The notes under the pieces: model-generated
Database searches by the model: none
Told to the model about the DNA's origin: nothing
What the model saw: only the letters and a program-made list of their open reading frames with translations
Made by a program: the position numbers and the translations under genes
Shown here: piece by piece, positions 26,467 to 40,620 of the stretch
Numbering within the stretch: the first letter of the stretch is position 1
Layout: the number at the start of each line of letters is the position of its first letter
Source: Octopus sinensis
Taxonomy: Eukaryota
Assembly: GCF_006345805.1 (NCBI RefSeq)
Contig: NC_043017.1
Span: 20,522,001-20,586,000 of the forward strand
Length of the DNA: 64,000 nt
Reading direction: 5' to 3'

Positions 26467-28445
26467 AGGCTTCTTTTCAGTTTCCATATATCAAATCCAC
26501 TCACAAGGCTATCCCAAGGTGCCATGCAGTGGAACTGAACCCCAAAACATGTGGTTGAGAAGTAAGCCTCTTATCACAGAACCACACTTGCGCCTCCAAT
26601 ATTTTTTGAATAAATTTGCTTTTAACAGTCAAACTCAATGTAGATGAATGCTATAAAAAAAATCGATTCAAATTTTGGCACAAGGCCAGCAATTATGGGA
26701 GTGGAATAAGTTGATGGTATCGACCCCAGTGCTTAACTGGTACTTATTTTAGCGACTGTCTAAGGATGAAAGGCCAACGCTAACTGTGGCAGAAGTTGAA
26801 CCCAGAATGTAAAGACAGATGAAATATCTGTTTCTTTATTACCCACAAGGGGCTAAACATAGAGGGGACAAATAAGGACTGACAAATGGATTAAGTCGAT
26901 TACATCAACCCCAGTGCGTAACTGGTACTTATTTAATCGACCCCGAAAGGATGAAAAGCAAAGTTGACCCCGGCGGAATTTGAACTCAGAATGTAACGGC
27001 AGCTGAACACCTTGATAAGTGCTATAAATGACAGCATGTAAATATTGGGTTAAAAGGCCCTTTGAATAGGAGATGTGAAAGGTTGTCAGTGGGATTTGAA
27101 CCCACTTACAATGTCAATAATTTTGATTAACTAAAATTATTAAAGCCGAAGCTTATCTGAATCACTACTGGTTCAACAGATCAGAAGCTATGGCAGTTTC
27201 TGAGGCATTTAAAATGACTGAGAGTATAACACTCTTCATTCCCCTGGATAGGAAGTCAGGCTATCACTGGTTGATTTCCCCCAGTTGCTGGAAATCATTT
27301 CCATCTGAGATGATGATGACAATGATGATTATCATGATGATGATGATGATGAAGATGAAGATGATGATATGAATTCTAAAGTGAAGGAAACAAGACTAGA
27401 ACTGTGTCATTATTTTAACAGACACGTGCAAATACACACACACACACACATTTATATACACACACACAAAAAAACCCACATATGTATATATGTATATGTG
27501 TTTATGAGTAAAAAACATTTATACAAATATTTTCACATTTAATTCTTTATGTTTTTTTTCATTTTGGTTTATCAAATAACATTTGAAAAAAATGAAATAA
27601 AACATTAAAAAAAAACATGATATTTTCAGTCGAAAAATTTTCTGCTTGGTTTCCGGTTGTATAAAAGAAGAGATAATAATAATAATAATAAATAAAAAGT
27701 TTCAAAAACCAACTCAGAAAAAACAGACAGAAGAACATCTGTCTGTCTGTGTGTCTATCTTAAGCTTCATGATCAGATGATGATAGTGTAAATGGTAGCA
27801 GTTGACATTTTCAGAAAAGGAAATAAAAATATAATTGCAGCAATTATTTCATAATGAAATTTATATTCCCCTCGCAATAAAAACATGTCATAAAGAAGCT
27901 GTTGGAATTGAACCCACCACCAACACTCTCACACAAAGTTTTCTCAGCATGGCTTCATGGAGGACAAAGGGTTTTGGTTCTTAGTCTTTTATTAATTTAT
28001 TCTTTTATTCTTTTACTAGTTTTGGTTTTTGGTCTCTGGCCGTGCTGGGGCACTGCCTTGAAGGGTTTCAGTGTAATGAATCAATCCCCAATACTTATTT
28101 TTCATTTTTACACCTAATACTGATTCTGCTGGACTTTTAAACCAAACTGCTTACTTACTGGGATGTAAACACACCAACACTGCGGTTGTCGATTGGTGTT
28201 GGGGGACAGAGACACAAAGACACACACATATATATGATTATATATATACAAAGGGCTTCTTTCAGTTTCTGTCTACCAAATCAGAGCAAGGCTATAGTAG
28301 AAGACACTTGCCCAAGGTGCCACACAATGGAACTGAACCTGGAACCATGTGGTTGGGAGCAAGCTTCTTACCATTATTATTTATTTGTAAGTTCTTAGTT
28401 CAAATCTGGCCAGGGCCATCTTTATCTTTCATCCATCTAGGGCAG

Positions 28446-28690
28446 TGGTTCTCATCCAGGGTCTGTATGACCCTTATATGGACCCTTAGAAGTCCATTTA
28501 AGATTTTGTTGCTAAAGTTTATGGATAATTATTGGTTACACTTCTACAGTACCCAAAGTATTTGAATAATTATTTTGCATAATCCCTAATAATATCTAAT
28601 CAAAAAAATATAAAAATAGGAATTTTTGAATGTCAAATGGCCATGAGGGTCCATCCAAGTAAAACAAATCAAAAGGGATCCACTGGGCCC
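28446..28690. mobile_element. Possible hAT (Charlie-like) MITE remnant
   Basis: Begins CAGTGGTTCTCATCCAGGGT, a typical hAT terminus; the right TIR is not clearly preserved. Confidence 0.35.
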
Positions 28691-29121
28691 GAGTTGCATG
28701 TCCAGATAATTTATTGTAAGATATTTCACCACATAGGAAAATTTTGGCAAAAGGCAAATTTGCCATATGGACAATGATAAAGCATATTATATCAGTGTTT
28801 TTTAAAATATATAAAGTATTTAAAAAAAAAAGAATGATAAAATATTTTATAAAAACATTAAAAAGGCAAGACTTTATACATCATCATCATCATCATCATC
28901 AGTTAACGTCCGTTTTCCATGCTAGCATGGGTTGGACGGTTTTGACTGAGGGCTGGCAACCAGATGGCTGCACCAGGCTCCAGTCTTGATCTGGCAGAGT
29001 TTCTACAGCTGGATGCCCTTTCTAACGCCAACTACTCCGAGAGCGTAGTGGGTGCTTTTTACGTGCCCAATATCAAATATTGAAATAGACATGATGAGAT
29101 CATTTAATAAGAAGTTACATA

Positions 29122-29517
29122 CTCTCTTTTACTCTTTTACTTGTTTCAGTCATTTGACTGTGGCCATGCTGGAGCACCGCCTTTAATCGAGCAACTCGAC
29201 CCCGGGACTTATTCTTTGTAAGCCCAGTACTTATTCTATTGGTCTCTTTTGCCGAACCGCTAAGTAACGGGGACATAAACACACCAGCATCGGTTGTCAA
29301 GCAATGCTAGGGGGACAAACACAGACACACATACACTCATATATATATACATATATACGACGGGCTTCTTTCAGTTTCCATCTACCATATCCACTCACAG
29401 GGCTTTGGTCGGCCCGAGGCTATAGTAGAAGACACTTGCCCAAGATGTCACGCAGTGGGACTGAACCCAGAACCATGTGGTTGGTAAACAAGCTACTTAC
29501 CACACAGCCACTCCTGC
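29122..29517 (-). mobile_element. SINE family A, full length
   Basis: Colinear high similarity to 7029-7451. Confidence 0.9.
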
Positions 29518-31907
29518 TGAATTTTTGATTATATATAGATCTTTTGTTAAAACTCTTTACATTGTGAGTTCAAATCTTACTTTGGTGTGGTCCCTTTTTA
29601 TGAAGAATATATAATGCTGGTCAACGTTTGTCGACCACACTAATTGAAGAACGTAGTCGCAGATGTACGTAAATATCAAAATAAAGTTCTTTATCTCTGA
29701 AACTGTAGTTAATAGTCTGAGAACTTCTAATCTCATTAAAACTAAACTCATTACAGACATTTAGATAATTAACAGAGTGATGTTCTTAATTTATCTTCCA
29801 TTCAAAGTGTTGCACAATTACTGCACTACATTTTACAGCAGCTCACTTTGTCTTTAAATGAGAGTGTTCACACACATGAGTATACGTGTAGGTGTGTGCG
29901 TTTGTGGGTGGCAGACGATGCTGTCACCTAGTTTAGCATCACCTCTGACTTGTTGAGAGCCAAGGACAAATTGCTTTGTGGCACTGGTTTTGGTTCACTA
30001 CACTATAAGTTCGAATGTATATGTGCACACAGACAAACACACACATATATACACACACACACATGCGCACGCACACACACACACACACATGCACGCACAT
30101 ACACACACACACATCTCTATTTTTTCCACTTGTTTTGGTCATTTGACTGTGGCCATACTGGGGCACTGTCTTGAAGAGTCTTTAGTCAAATGAATCGACC
30201 CTGGGACTTATTTTTTAAAGCCTGGAGCTTATTCTATCGGTCTCCTTTACTGAACTGCTAAGTTAAGTAAACAGAGCAGCACTGGCTCTTAAACCATAGT
30301 GGGGGACAAACATCGTGACAAACACATACACACACTATTAGGTTTCCACATAGTTTCCACCAACCTAATTTATCTCACAAAATTTAGTCAACAGATTGCC
30401 GGCATCAGTTGTTAGTTGTCAGAGCACTGCATCCTTCAAAACTTCCATGCTTTCTGAGATTCGCCAACACTACACCTGATTTCCTCCCCTCCATACACAC
30501 ACAAGCATGTATCTGACTCATACACTGTTCGCTTTCCAGACATTACTGCATATACTTTATACGCACTTTCTGAAAAGTTATGGTGCACCTGAGCACTGTA
30601 TACAATAATTTCATTATTATATTATTTATAAATATGTATATATGTGTGATTATATTAATGCCTATGTGTGTGTGTGCATGTGTGTGTGTGTGTGACCTAG
30701 TGGTTAGGGTATTTGGTTCATGATTGTAGTGTTACGAGTTCAATTCCCAGTGCCACACTGAGCAAGACACTTTATTTCTCATTGCTCCATTCCACTCAGC
30801 TGGCAAAAAAGTAAACTGTACCAGTAATTCAAAAAGCCAGCATTCTCACATTCTGTGTTGTGCTGAATCGCTTTGAGAATTACATTAAGAGTATGTTTGT
30901 CTGTGGAGTGCTCAGCCACTTGCACATTAATTTCATGAGCAGGCTGTTCTGTAGATTAAATCAACTGGAACGTTTGTCATCCTAACTAACAAAGAGCTAG
31001 GTGTGTGTGTATGAGTATGTACATGTATGAGTGCATACATATGTGTAAGTGTGCTTGAAAAAGATTTTCTTGAATCAAAATTAATAATTATTTTTAAACC
31101 AATTTTTAAAAACATAGGGTAACACAGACCTGATGGAAGGAAGATTTTGTGCAAGCACTTTTCACTGTTTGTAATTTTTCAGACACGACATTATATATGT
31201 ATAAATATACACATACAGATGCACAAACACACTTTGCTCTTGTGCTTACTGCTTGAAACTAAGCTGCAGGCTTGTATCACACCCATCACTCACACAACAA
31301 CAAATACAAATGCATTTATGGCCGTCATAAAATTGCTGCTTAAGACAGTCGACACCTTTTACTTTCAAGCAAAGTCTTCTTCACGTTCAAATAGGAGTAT
31401 TATACAAACACTCACACATTTATCCATAATTATGTCTCCTAACATAACCGCAAAATCTAATGTACATAACCACACAAACATACATGCATACAGATGTTAA
31501 GACACACACAAATCTGATTTATGGATACACATTTTGGAAGGAATTTATTTGAAGAATTGGGGAATCTCATGCTAATTCAATGACAACGACCATGTCAGCT
31601 TTAAAGTTAAGATTAAATGGCTGTCAGACAGACTCAGTGGAATGGAATGGATTGTCTTGGAGATTCTATGAATATCCCTTTATTCTGTTTTGACTTCAGA
31701 AGACAGCAGCACCTTCTGATAGTGTTTGGTTAAGAGAGATGGGTGAGAGAGGTGAGCAGATGTGTGTGTGTGTACGTACCTGTGTGTGTAGATGGATATA
31801 TTTCAGTGGGTTGTATAAAAGTATGAGTGAGAAAGTGTGTGTGTGTATATATATATGTATTCAGGTTATCTATAATCTAAGTGTAATAAATCTATTTATA
31901 CACACAT

Positions 31908-31943
<36 letters not shown>

Positions 31944-33059
31944 ATATATATATTATATATGTTATAATATATATATATATTATATGTTATAATATATATA
32001 TATATATATATATCATAACATTCATATATAATATATATATATACATACATATATTATATATTATAATATATATATAATTTTTTTGTTGCTTGTTTCAGCT
32101 CAGAGCTGCGGCCATGCTGATGCACTGCCATTTATGTGTATATATATATATATGTGTATGTATATATATATATCTATATATATATATGCATATATATATA
32201 CATATATATACATTCATATATTATAATATATATGTATTATAATATATGTATATTATAGCATATATATATACACAAACATATTATAATACATACATGCACA
32301 CACACATACACACTCATAAATATATATATTATGATATATGCATATATATTATATATATGTATACGGGTTATATAAGATGAATGTGTGTGTGTGTGTATAA
32401 TATATATATATATATATATATATAGATATGCATTTTCTCTTTCACACTTTGTTTCTTTCCTAATACACATACACACACATACATATATATATATACACCA
32501 GTATGTTTATACATACACACATAAACACGAGTTTGTGAGTCTGTATATGTTCGTCTGCTGCACATCATGCGGCTACGTCTCGTGGCATAAAGCATGTAAA
32601 AGTGCAACTGTGTGAGTGCAGGAGTGCAAGCATGTGCATGCGAATGGGCTGTCTGTATGTAGGACAGTTTAAGAATCTATGACTGATTGCTTTTACACAG
32701 ACAATGCAGCATGCTGCACGTGCATGCGTGTGCATCTGCATGCATATCTGTGTATTTAAGAAACAAAAATACACCACGTAAGAACCGTTTATTCTATGTC
32801 AACTGTTAGAGTCACCTTAAGTTTGAATGATTGACAGGTCCTTTTCTATACGAAAATGTTTCCATATTTAGTTAAAAAAAAAAAAGAAGCTCTGATGACA
32901 ATGATGACGGTAACAACAACAATAATATTAATAATAAAAATGATAATAATGATAATAATTATAATAATCTTTTCTTTTGTAGTCACAAGGCGTGATCTTT
33001 TCATGATGATGGTAATAACAACAGTAACAACAACAATAATAATAATCTTTCAAATGTAG

Positions 33060-33745
33060 GCACAAAGCATGAAATACTGGGGGAGAGGGGAAAGTCGATC
33101 ACGTCGTACCCATTTCAAGCAAACTGGTGCTTATTTCAATAATCCCAAAAGAATGAAAATCAAAGGCGACCCTGGTGGAATTTGAACTCAGAATGTAGCG
33201 ACAAATGAAATGCCACTAAGCATTTCACCCGACATGCTAATGACTCTTTCACCTCACCACCTTAATAATAATAATAAGAACAACAACAACAACAACAACA
33301 ATAATGATTTCAAATTTTTGCCACAAGGGCAGCTTGGGAAAAGGGTTTAAGTTGATTACACTAACCCCAGTACATAACAGGTACTTATTTAATTGGCCCT
33401 GAAAGGATGAAAGGCCAAGTGAACTATGGTGGAATTTGAACTCAGAACATAGCGACAAACAAAATGACGGTAAGCATTTCACCCAGTGTGCTAATGATTG
33501 TACCAGCTTGCCACCTTAATAATAATAATAATAATAATCCTTTCTGTTATAGGCACAAGGCATGATTTTTTGGGGAAAAAGTAAGATGATTACATCAACC
33601 CAGTGCACAACTGGTACTTATTTTATCGACCCCACCTCCGAAAGGATGAATGGCTAAGTCGACCTTGGTAGGATTCGAACTCAGAACATAGAGACAGAAG
33701 AAAGCCACAAAACACTTTGTTCAGTATGCTAATGATTCTGCCAGA
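33060..33745 (-). mobile_element. Head-to-tail array of three family B SINEs separated by (AAT)n
   Basis: Three copies of ...GAATTTGAACTCAGAA...CACCTTAATAATAAT. Confidence 0.8.
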
Positions 33746-34011
33746 AAAATAATAATAACGATGATGATGATGATGTTTTTTTTTTTTTAAATATTTATTC
33801 AGAAATTAATCTCACCATGAAAGAAGCTTAAAAGACATTTTTTAAGTAAAAAATCTTGTTATATTTCCATTAATATCTTATAAAAATTTTGATAAAAGCT
33901 CTAGAATTGCTGAGTAAGTAATTCTGTTTATTTTGTTTTTATTAGTTTATATATTTAAAAAAATTTTATTTTGTTTTTTCTGATTTAATTGTTTATCTGT
34001 CGTCAATGTTA

Positions 34012-34064
34012 TGGTTGCTGATGAGACCCTACACAGAGAAGAAACAGCTACTCTGTGGCAACCA
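34012..34064 (+). ncRNA. Degenerate type I hammerhead motif, first of a tandem pair
   Basis: TGGTTG CTGATGA g accct acac agaga a GAAA CAG ctact CTGT gg CAACCA; helix I TGGTTG/CAACCA. Confidence 0.5.
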
Positions 34065-34822
34065 AACATATGACTCAATGAAGACAACTGAATTGATGAG
34101 GAATTATGTTAATTAATTTTATTAATCTATATATTTTATCTTTTTTTTTTTCACTGATTTAATTGCTAATCTATAACCAAAATTATTATGGTTGATGAGA
34201 CCCTGCTCAGGGTAGAAACAGACACTCCTCCTCCTCCTCATTCTCATCATCATTTAACGTCTGTCTTCCATGCTGTCATGGGTTGGATGACTTGTCAGGA
34301 ACTGGCAAGGACAGGGGCTGCAGCAGATTCCATAGTCTGCTTTGGTTTGGTTTCTACAGCTGGATACCCTTTCTAACACTAACCACTTTACAGAGTGGCA
34401 CCATCACCAGTGCTTTTTATGTGACTCCCTCACCAGTGCTTTTCATGTGGCACCATCACCACACTGTCACAAACAAATATATGATTTCTCATAATTTTTT
34501 AGAAAGAATTGAAAAAAACATTTATTTATTCAGAAACCCAAAATATACTGTATTTGATGGCATGAAAGACACCCAGTTTCAGCTGCTCATATTCAGGAAA
34601 AATATTCTTGGTGCATTAAAACTTATTGGTGGGGGCACTTTGCATACAAGACCCAGGGAGACTTTTATGAGATATTTGTTTGGGAAAAACAGTGTGTCTT
34701 ATATGCCACAGTGTGTCTTCTATGCCCAAGAACACAACACATGGTCTAGTCCTGGAATCACGATTGAGAGTCTGATGTTCTAACCACTGAGCCATGCGCC
34801 TTCACATTTGAAGTATATATAA

Positions 34823-35065
34823 AAGGTAAAGACCCCACTTCAGACGTCCTCCTTTTTCCATGCCACTGATGTTATCCAAGGGAAAGGCAAAGGCCGATAC
34901 AGCTTGGTGCCAATGAATTGCCATAACTCATTTCTACAGCTGAGTGAATTGGAGCAATGTGAAATAAAGTGTCTTGCTCAAAACACAACATACAGCCCAA
35001 TACAGGAATCGAACCAGCTACCTCATGATTGCTAGCCCAATGCTCTAACCACTGATTCATGCACC
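34823..35065 (-). mobile_element. SINE family E (tRNA head, RTE/BovB-like CTTTACCTT tail)
   Basis: The plus strand begins AAAGGTAAAGACCCC; the tRNA-like head lies at the right end on the minus strand. Confidence 0.65.
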
Positions 35066-35073
35066 TTTACATA

Positions 35074-35306
35074 CAGGGTGGTACAAAAGTAGGTTTATAG
35101 TCATTCAACTATCTCTTTCGCACTCATAATTTAACAGTTTAGACCTTAATTATGAAAATACGAAACCATTATTCTATGCTAATTTAGTTAATTTTGTCAA
35201 GCTCCCTTTTCAATTTGTAAGATAGAAATTTAAAAGTAATAAAATGTTTTAAAAGAAATTTAAAGTGATTACGTGATAACTGTAAACCTACTTTTAGGCC
35301 ACCCTG
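35074..35306. mobile_element. Tc1/mariner-type MITE
   Basis: TIRs CAGGGTGGTACAAAAGTAGGTTTATAG / CTGTAAACCTACTTTTAGGCCACCCTG flanked by TA on both sides. Confidence 0.85.
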
Positions 35307-35735
35307 TATATATATATATATTCAGTTCTGTTCATCCTGCTTATACTACCAAACCAATATACACACTCACACATATACCAGGCGATCAAATAAATCCATT
35401 TTTTCCTTTCCCTATTTGTTTTAATCCTTTCCACTATTATTTGAAGTAATGCAAAAAATATTTTTAACAAAATGTTTTATGTTTTTTTTTTGCTTTGTTT
35501 TTAGCTTCTAACTCTACAAAGTTTGTTTATCATTTTTGAAATCTGAATAAATTTTACTGCTTTGGGAAAAAATAAGAAAAATTGAATGGATTCAACTGAT
35601 GAACCAATATACGTATTTCCACTTTATAACTTTTCTCTTTGAGCACCAGAACTAATAAAATTTATGGCAAACGTTTGCTTCAACTTTGGATGCGTTTGTA
35701 TTTGATTTCAACTTCTGTATTGATTTCTCTGTAAG

Positions 35736-35769
<34 letters not shown>

Positions 35770-35770
35770 G

Positions 35771-36183
35771 GCACAGGAGTGGCTGTGTGGTAAGTAGCTT
35801 GTTTACCAACCACACGGTTCCGGGTTCAGTCCCACTGCGTGGCACCTAGGGCAAGTGTCTTCTACTATAGCCTCAGGCCGACCAAAGCCTTGTGAGTAGA
35901 TTTGGTAGACGGAAACTGAAAGAAGCCCGTCGTATATATATGTATATATATATATGCATGTGTGTGATTGTGTGTCTGTGTTTGTCCCCCTAGCATTGCT
36001 TGACAACCGATGCTGGTGTGTTTATGTCCCCATTACTTAGCGGTTCAGCAAAAGAGACCAATAGAATAAGTACTGGGCTTACAAAAGAATAAGTCCCGGG
36101 GTCGAGTTGCTCGATTAAAGGCGGTGCTCCAGCATGACCGCAGTCAAATGACTGAAACAAGTAAAAGAAAGAGAAAGAAAGAG
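35771..36183 (+). mobile_element. SINE family A, full length
   Basis: GCACAGGAGTGGCTGTGTGGTAAGTAGC...GACTGAAACAAGTAAAAG. Confidence 0.9.
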
Positions 36184-36414
36184 ATATGTGTGTGTGCATG
36201 TGTAATACATGTGTAATACATGTGCATGTGTGTATATATATATTAATATTTAGAGGAAGTAACAGAGTGACTCAAGGTCCAAAAGTTTCGTACAGTGTCA
36301 CATATCAAACTACTCCCAGGTGAAAGACCGGTGAGTGTATATAGCTGTTCATAAATAGATATATTTCTCTTTGTATTTATGTATGTATGTATGTACATTT
36401 GTAGGTATGTATGC

Positions 36415-36463
<49 letters not shown>

Positions 36464-36726
36464 TACAAACATACATGTATATATGCATATACAAATACAC
36501 ACATATATATATACACATATACAAATATAGATACACATGCACATATATATATGTATACATGTCTATATAAATATGTGTATATATATATATGTATGTACAT
36601 GTGTATATATATATACATACATATATATATACATATACACATATACATACATATATATACATATATATATATACATTTATATATATATATACACATATAC
36701 ATATATATATACATTTATATATATAT

Positions 36727-36773
<47 letters not shown>

Positions 36774-37100
36774 CATATATATATATATTAAGCATGAAAT
36801 ATCATTTCCTGTTCCTTCCTTCAACTTCCTTCCTCAAGCTTCCGTGACAGAACACCAGACGACAGGTGGAGGGGTGGGCAGGAATTTATCAGGCCTAGTG
36901 TCTCTAATATTAAAAGTTTGTCGGATTGATAGATTAATTAATCAATGATACTCATAAGCAATTAACTGAAATGAAATCCCTTCCTGTGTCTCAAGAAATG
37001 AACCCAAGTGGGATATTGGCAGGGAAAGGAAAACAAATCTCTTTAATGTCACTGTTTAATTTACCAGTGATGGCTAAAATAGATGGATTAGGAAACGTTT

Positions 37101-37148
<48 letters not shown>

Positions 37149-37210
37149 ATATCTATATATATATATATACACACACACATATATGCACATGTGTATGCAT
37201 ATATATATAT

Positions 37211-37280
37211 ACACACACACACATATATAAGAGGTATTTGTATATATATACAAATACCTCTTATATATGTGTGTGTATGT
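37211..37280. repeat. Loop-less palindrome
   Basis: 37215-37276 is a perfect 62-bp palindrome centred at 37245/37246 (ACATATATAAGAGGTATTTGTATAT|ATATACAAATACCTCTTATATATGT). Confidence 0.92.
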
Positions 37281-37887
37281 GTGTGTATATATATATGCAT
37301 ACACACATGCATACACACATATATACACATACATACACACATATACTCACATACACACACTTACACATATGCACACACACACATAATACAAAATGTATAT
37401 AATATATATATAATATATTATATATACATATATATATGTACACACAGGAATATATATGTGTCTATATATATATATATATATATATACATATATAATATAT
37501 ATATATACACATATATCTGTACATACAGGAATATGTATGTGTCTATATATATATGTGTGTATGATATATATATATATATATAATATATTTCTTTTCTAAT
37601 GTATTTCTTACATACTCCCCCACCTCTGTCACTTTCACCCCCCTCCACAATCATTCCACCCCTGTCCCAAGTCATACACACCCTCCCCAACACAAATCAC
37701 TAGAAACTAGCTATGTACACCCACCCACCCCTACCCAGTTACCTTCCTCATAAGTTGACCTGTAAAAATAATTTACAAAACATGGGATCACCCAGACATT
37801 TTGACTGCTGGAACCGAAAAAAAAGGAAGCATTTATTACCACTTCATGGAAAACAACCCCACAATGTTTCTTATATATATGTGTGTG

Positions 37888-38130
37888 TAAGGCGGCGAGT
37901 TGGCAGAAACGTTAGCACGCCGGGCGAAATGCTCAGCAGTATTTCGTCTGTCGCTACGTTCTGAGTTCAAATTCCGCCGAGGTCAACTTTGCCTTTCATC
38001 CTTTCGGGGGTCGATTAAATAAGTACCAGTTACGCACTGGGGTCGATATATGTTATATAGACTTAATCCCTCTGTCTGTCCTTGTTTGTCCTCTCTGTGT
38101 TTAGCCTCTTCTGGGTAGTAAAGAATAATA
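37888..38130 (+). mobile_element. SINE family B (tRNA head plus Meta/MESC-like core), young copy
   Basis: GGCGGCGAGTTGGCAGAAACGTTAGC...GAGTTCAAATTCCGCCGAGGTCAACTTTGCCTTTCATCCTTTCGGGGTCGAT...AAGTACCAG. The core resembles the GCCTTxCATCCTTxCGxGGTCG motif of Meta/Sauria-type SINEs. Confidence 0.85.
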
Positions 38131-39109
38131 TGTGTGTGTGTGTGTGTGTGTTTATGTTTTACTGCTTACATGCTTCAGTCATGAGATCACGGCCATACTG
38201 GAGCACCACCTTGAAGAATTTTTATAGTCAGATGAATTGACCCCGATATTATTTTTTTTGAAAGCCTAGTTCTTATTTTATCAGTATCCTTTGCTGAACC
38301 ACTACATTATGGCATGTAAACACACCAACAACAGTGGTGGTGGGAGACAATCACAGACACAAAGACACGCACATATACACATCTATATGTATACCCATCG
38401 GAGGGTACTTAACAGACATGGCTAATCATTTCACTACAGTTGTCAATTGTGGAACCCAACTGCCACTACTACTATGTGAACCTGATGATTGTGTAATGTA
38501 TGAAAGTACTAGTTTTATCACAATAAATATATCTTTTATTATCATGATATTGTAAAATTAGAATAAGTAGAATAAGTACCGATAGAATAAGTACTAGGCT
38601 TACGAAGAATAAGTCCCGGGGTCGATTTGCTCGACTAAAGGTGGTGCTTCAGCATGGCCACAGTCAAATGACTGAAACAAGTAAAAGAGTAAAAGAGAAA
38701 GAGAGTATATTTGCCACAAAATAACTTTACCAAACTGGAAACCACCAATTAACTATCATCCATGAAATCAATTAAGCAGTATCAGTTAATGTAATTACCA
38801 TAAAACCATGAACCCACAAACATGTTCCACATTATAAGCATGAAGGGTAAGTTCACAGTGATGAGACACCAAGATAGAAAAGATTCACCATGAAGCATAT
38901 CATCCATGCATTTCTATTATCAGTGCACAACAGATATTGTAATGCATCAAGCACACGCACTTGCATGTCGTTTGTGAATGTCTCAAAATGTAATGCTAAT
39001 GTGTTTAGGAGCATTATGTCATCGTTGAAAACCCAACATAAATGAAGACTAATAAGGAGATAGGAAAAAAATCCTTTATAAAAAATGATTTAACTCAAAC
39101 ACAGTCATG

Positions 39110-39810
39110 TCTTTAACATACACACACACACACACACAGACACACAGAAATACACACACACACACATACATACATACATACATACATACATACACACACA
39201 CATTCATTCATTCATACATACATACATACATAAGCATATATTCACACATATGCAAACACAAACATATACATACACACATATATGCACACACACACATACA
39301 TACATACATACATAAGCATATATTACCACATATGCAAACACACATATATGCACACACACATACATACATACATACATACATACATACATAACCATATATT
39401 CACACATATGCAAACACACACATATACATACATACACACATATATGCACACACACACACACACACCACACACCAGACACACAGAAATACACACCACACAC
39501 ACATACATACATACATACATACATACACACACACATTCATTCATTCATACATACATACATACATACATAAGCATATATTCACACATATGCAAACACAACA
39601 TATACATACACACATATATGCACACACACACATACATACATACATACATAAGCATATATTACCACATATGCAAACACACATATATGCACACACACATACA
39701 TACATACATACATACATACATACATAACCATATATTCACACATATGCAAACACACACATATACATACACACATATATGCACACACACACACACACACACA
39801 CACAGAAACA
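39110..39810. repeat. Compound CA/CATA minisatellite with an about 335-bp internal duplication
   Basis: CATTCATTCATTCATACATAC...AAGCATATATTCACACATATGC occurs at about 39200 and 39535. Confidence 0.75.
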
Positions 39811-40620
39811 CAGAAGAAGCAACAGTGTGCTAATCTCTTGTATCTATGGTCAAACAGACATTTTAATCTCCCTAAGTCTGTAATCAGACAAGTAATCCTA
39901 ATGCGGAAGGGGTCGGGGACAGACAAAGGCAGAGATAAATGAAGAGAGGAAGACAGAGAAAAAGTAGGGGGTAAGAAATCGAGTTAATCCCTATATTGTT
40001 TTTCTTATAATCGGACTGTTTGAAAACCTTATATTTTTCACTCATCCATCTTTATCTGAGGGGGAGACTGAAGAGGAGGAGAAAGAGGGATTATAGGATA
40101 TTGGGAATTTATTGCTTCATATATTATTGTTGTTAATTAAACTTCTTTCTACTCCACACACACATGGGGTCTGCTTTGACTCAACAAATATATGATCAAA
40201 AGCATTCCAACCATGCCCATCGCATTTGCTGTCTTTTCTGGACATGATGCATCATAGGCAGAGGCACAGCTGTGTGGTTATGAAGCTTGCTTTGCAATGG
40301 CGTGGTTTTGGGTTCAGTCCCACTACATGGCACCTTGGACAAGTGTTTGCTATAGCAAACTTCGTAGGTGGAAACAGTGCAGAAGCCTGTTGGATGCATG
40401 TGTGTGTGTGAGTAAATGTGTATGTGTTTGTTTACCACTCCACTGGTTTGATGGGATTCTTTTCAGTTTCTATGTACCAAATCCTCTGACAAAGCTCTGC
40501 TAAGCCAGCGCTATGACAGAAGGCATTTGCCCAACATCTCAAAATGCAGTACAATGGGGCTAAACATGAATATCCATTTACATCTCATAATACAGCTTAT
40601 TCATACACCCTGAATATAGT

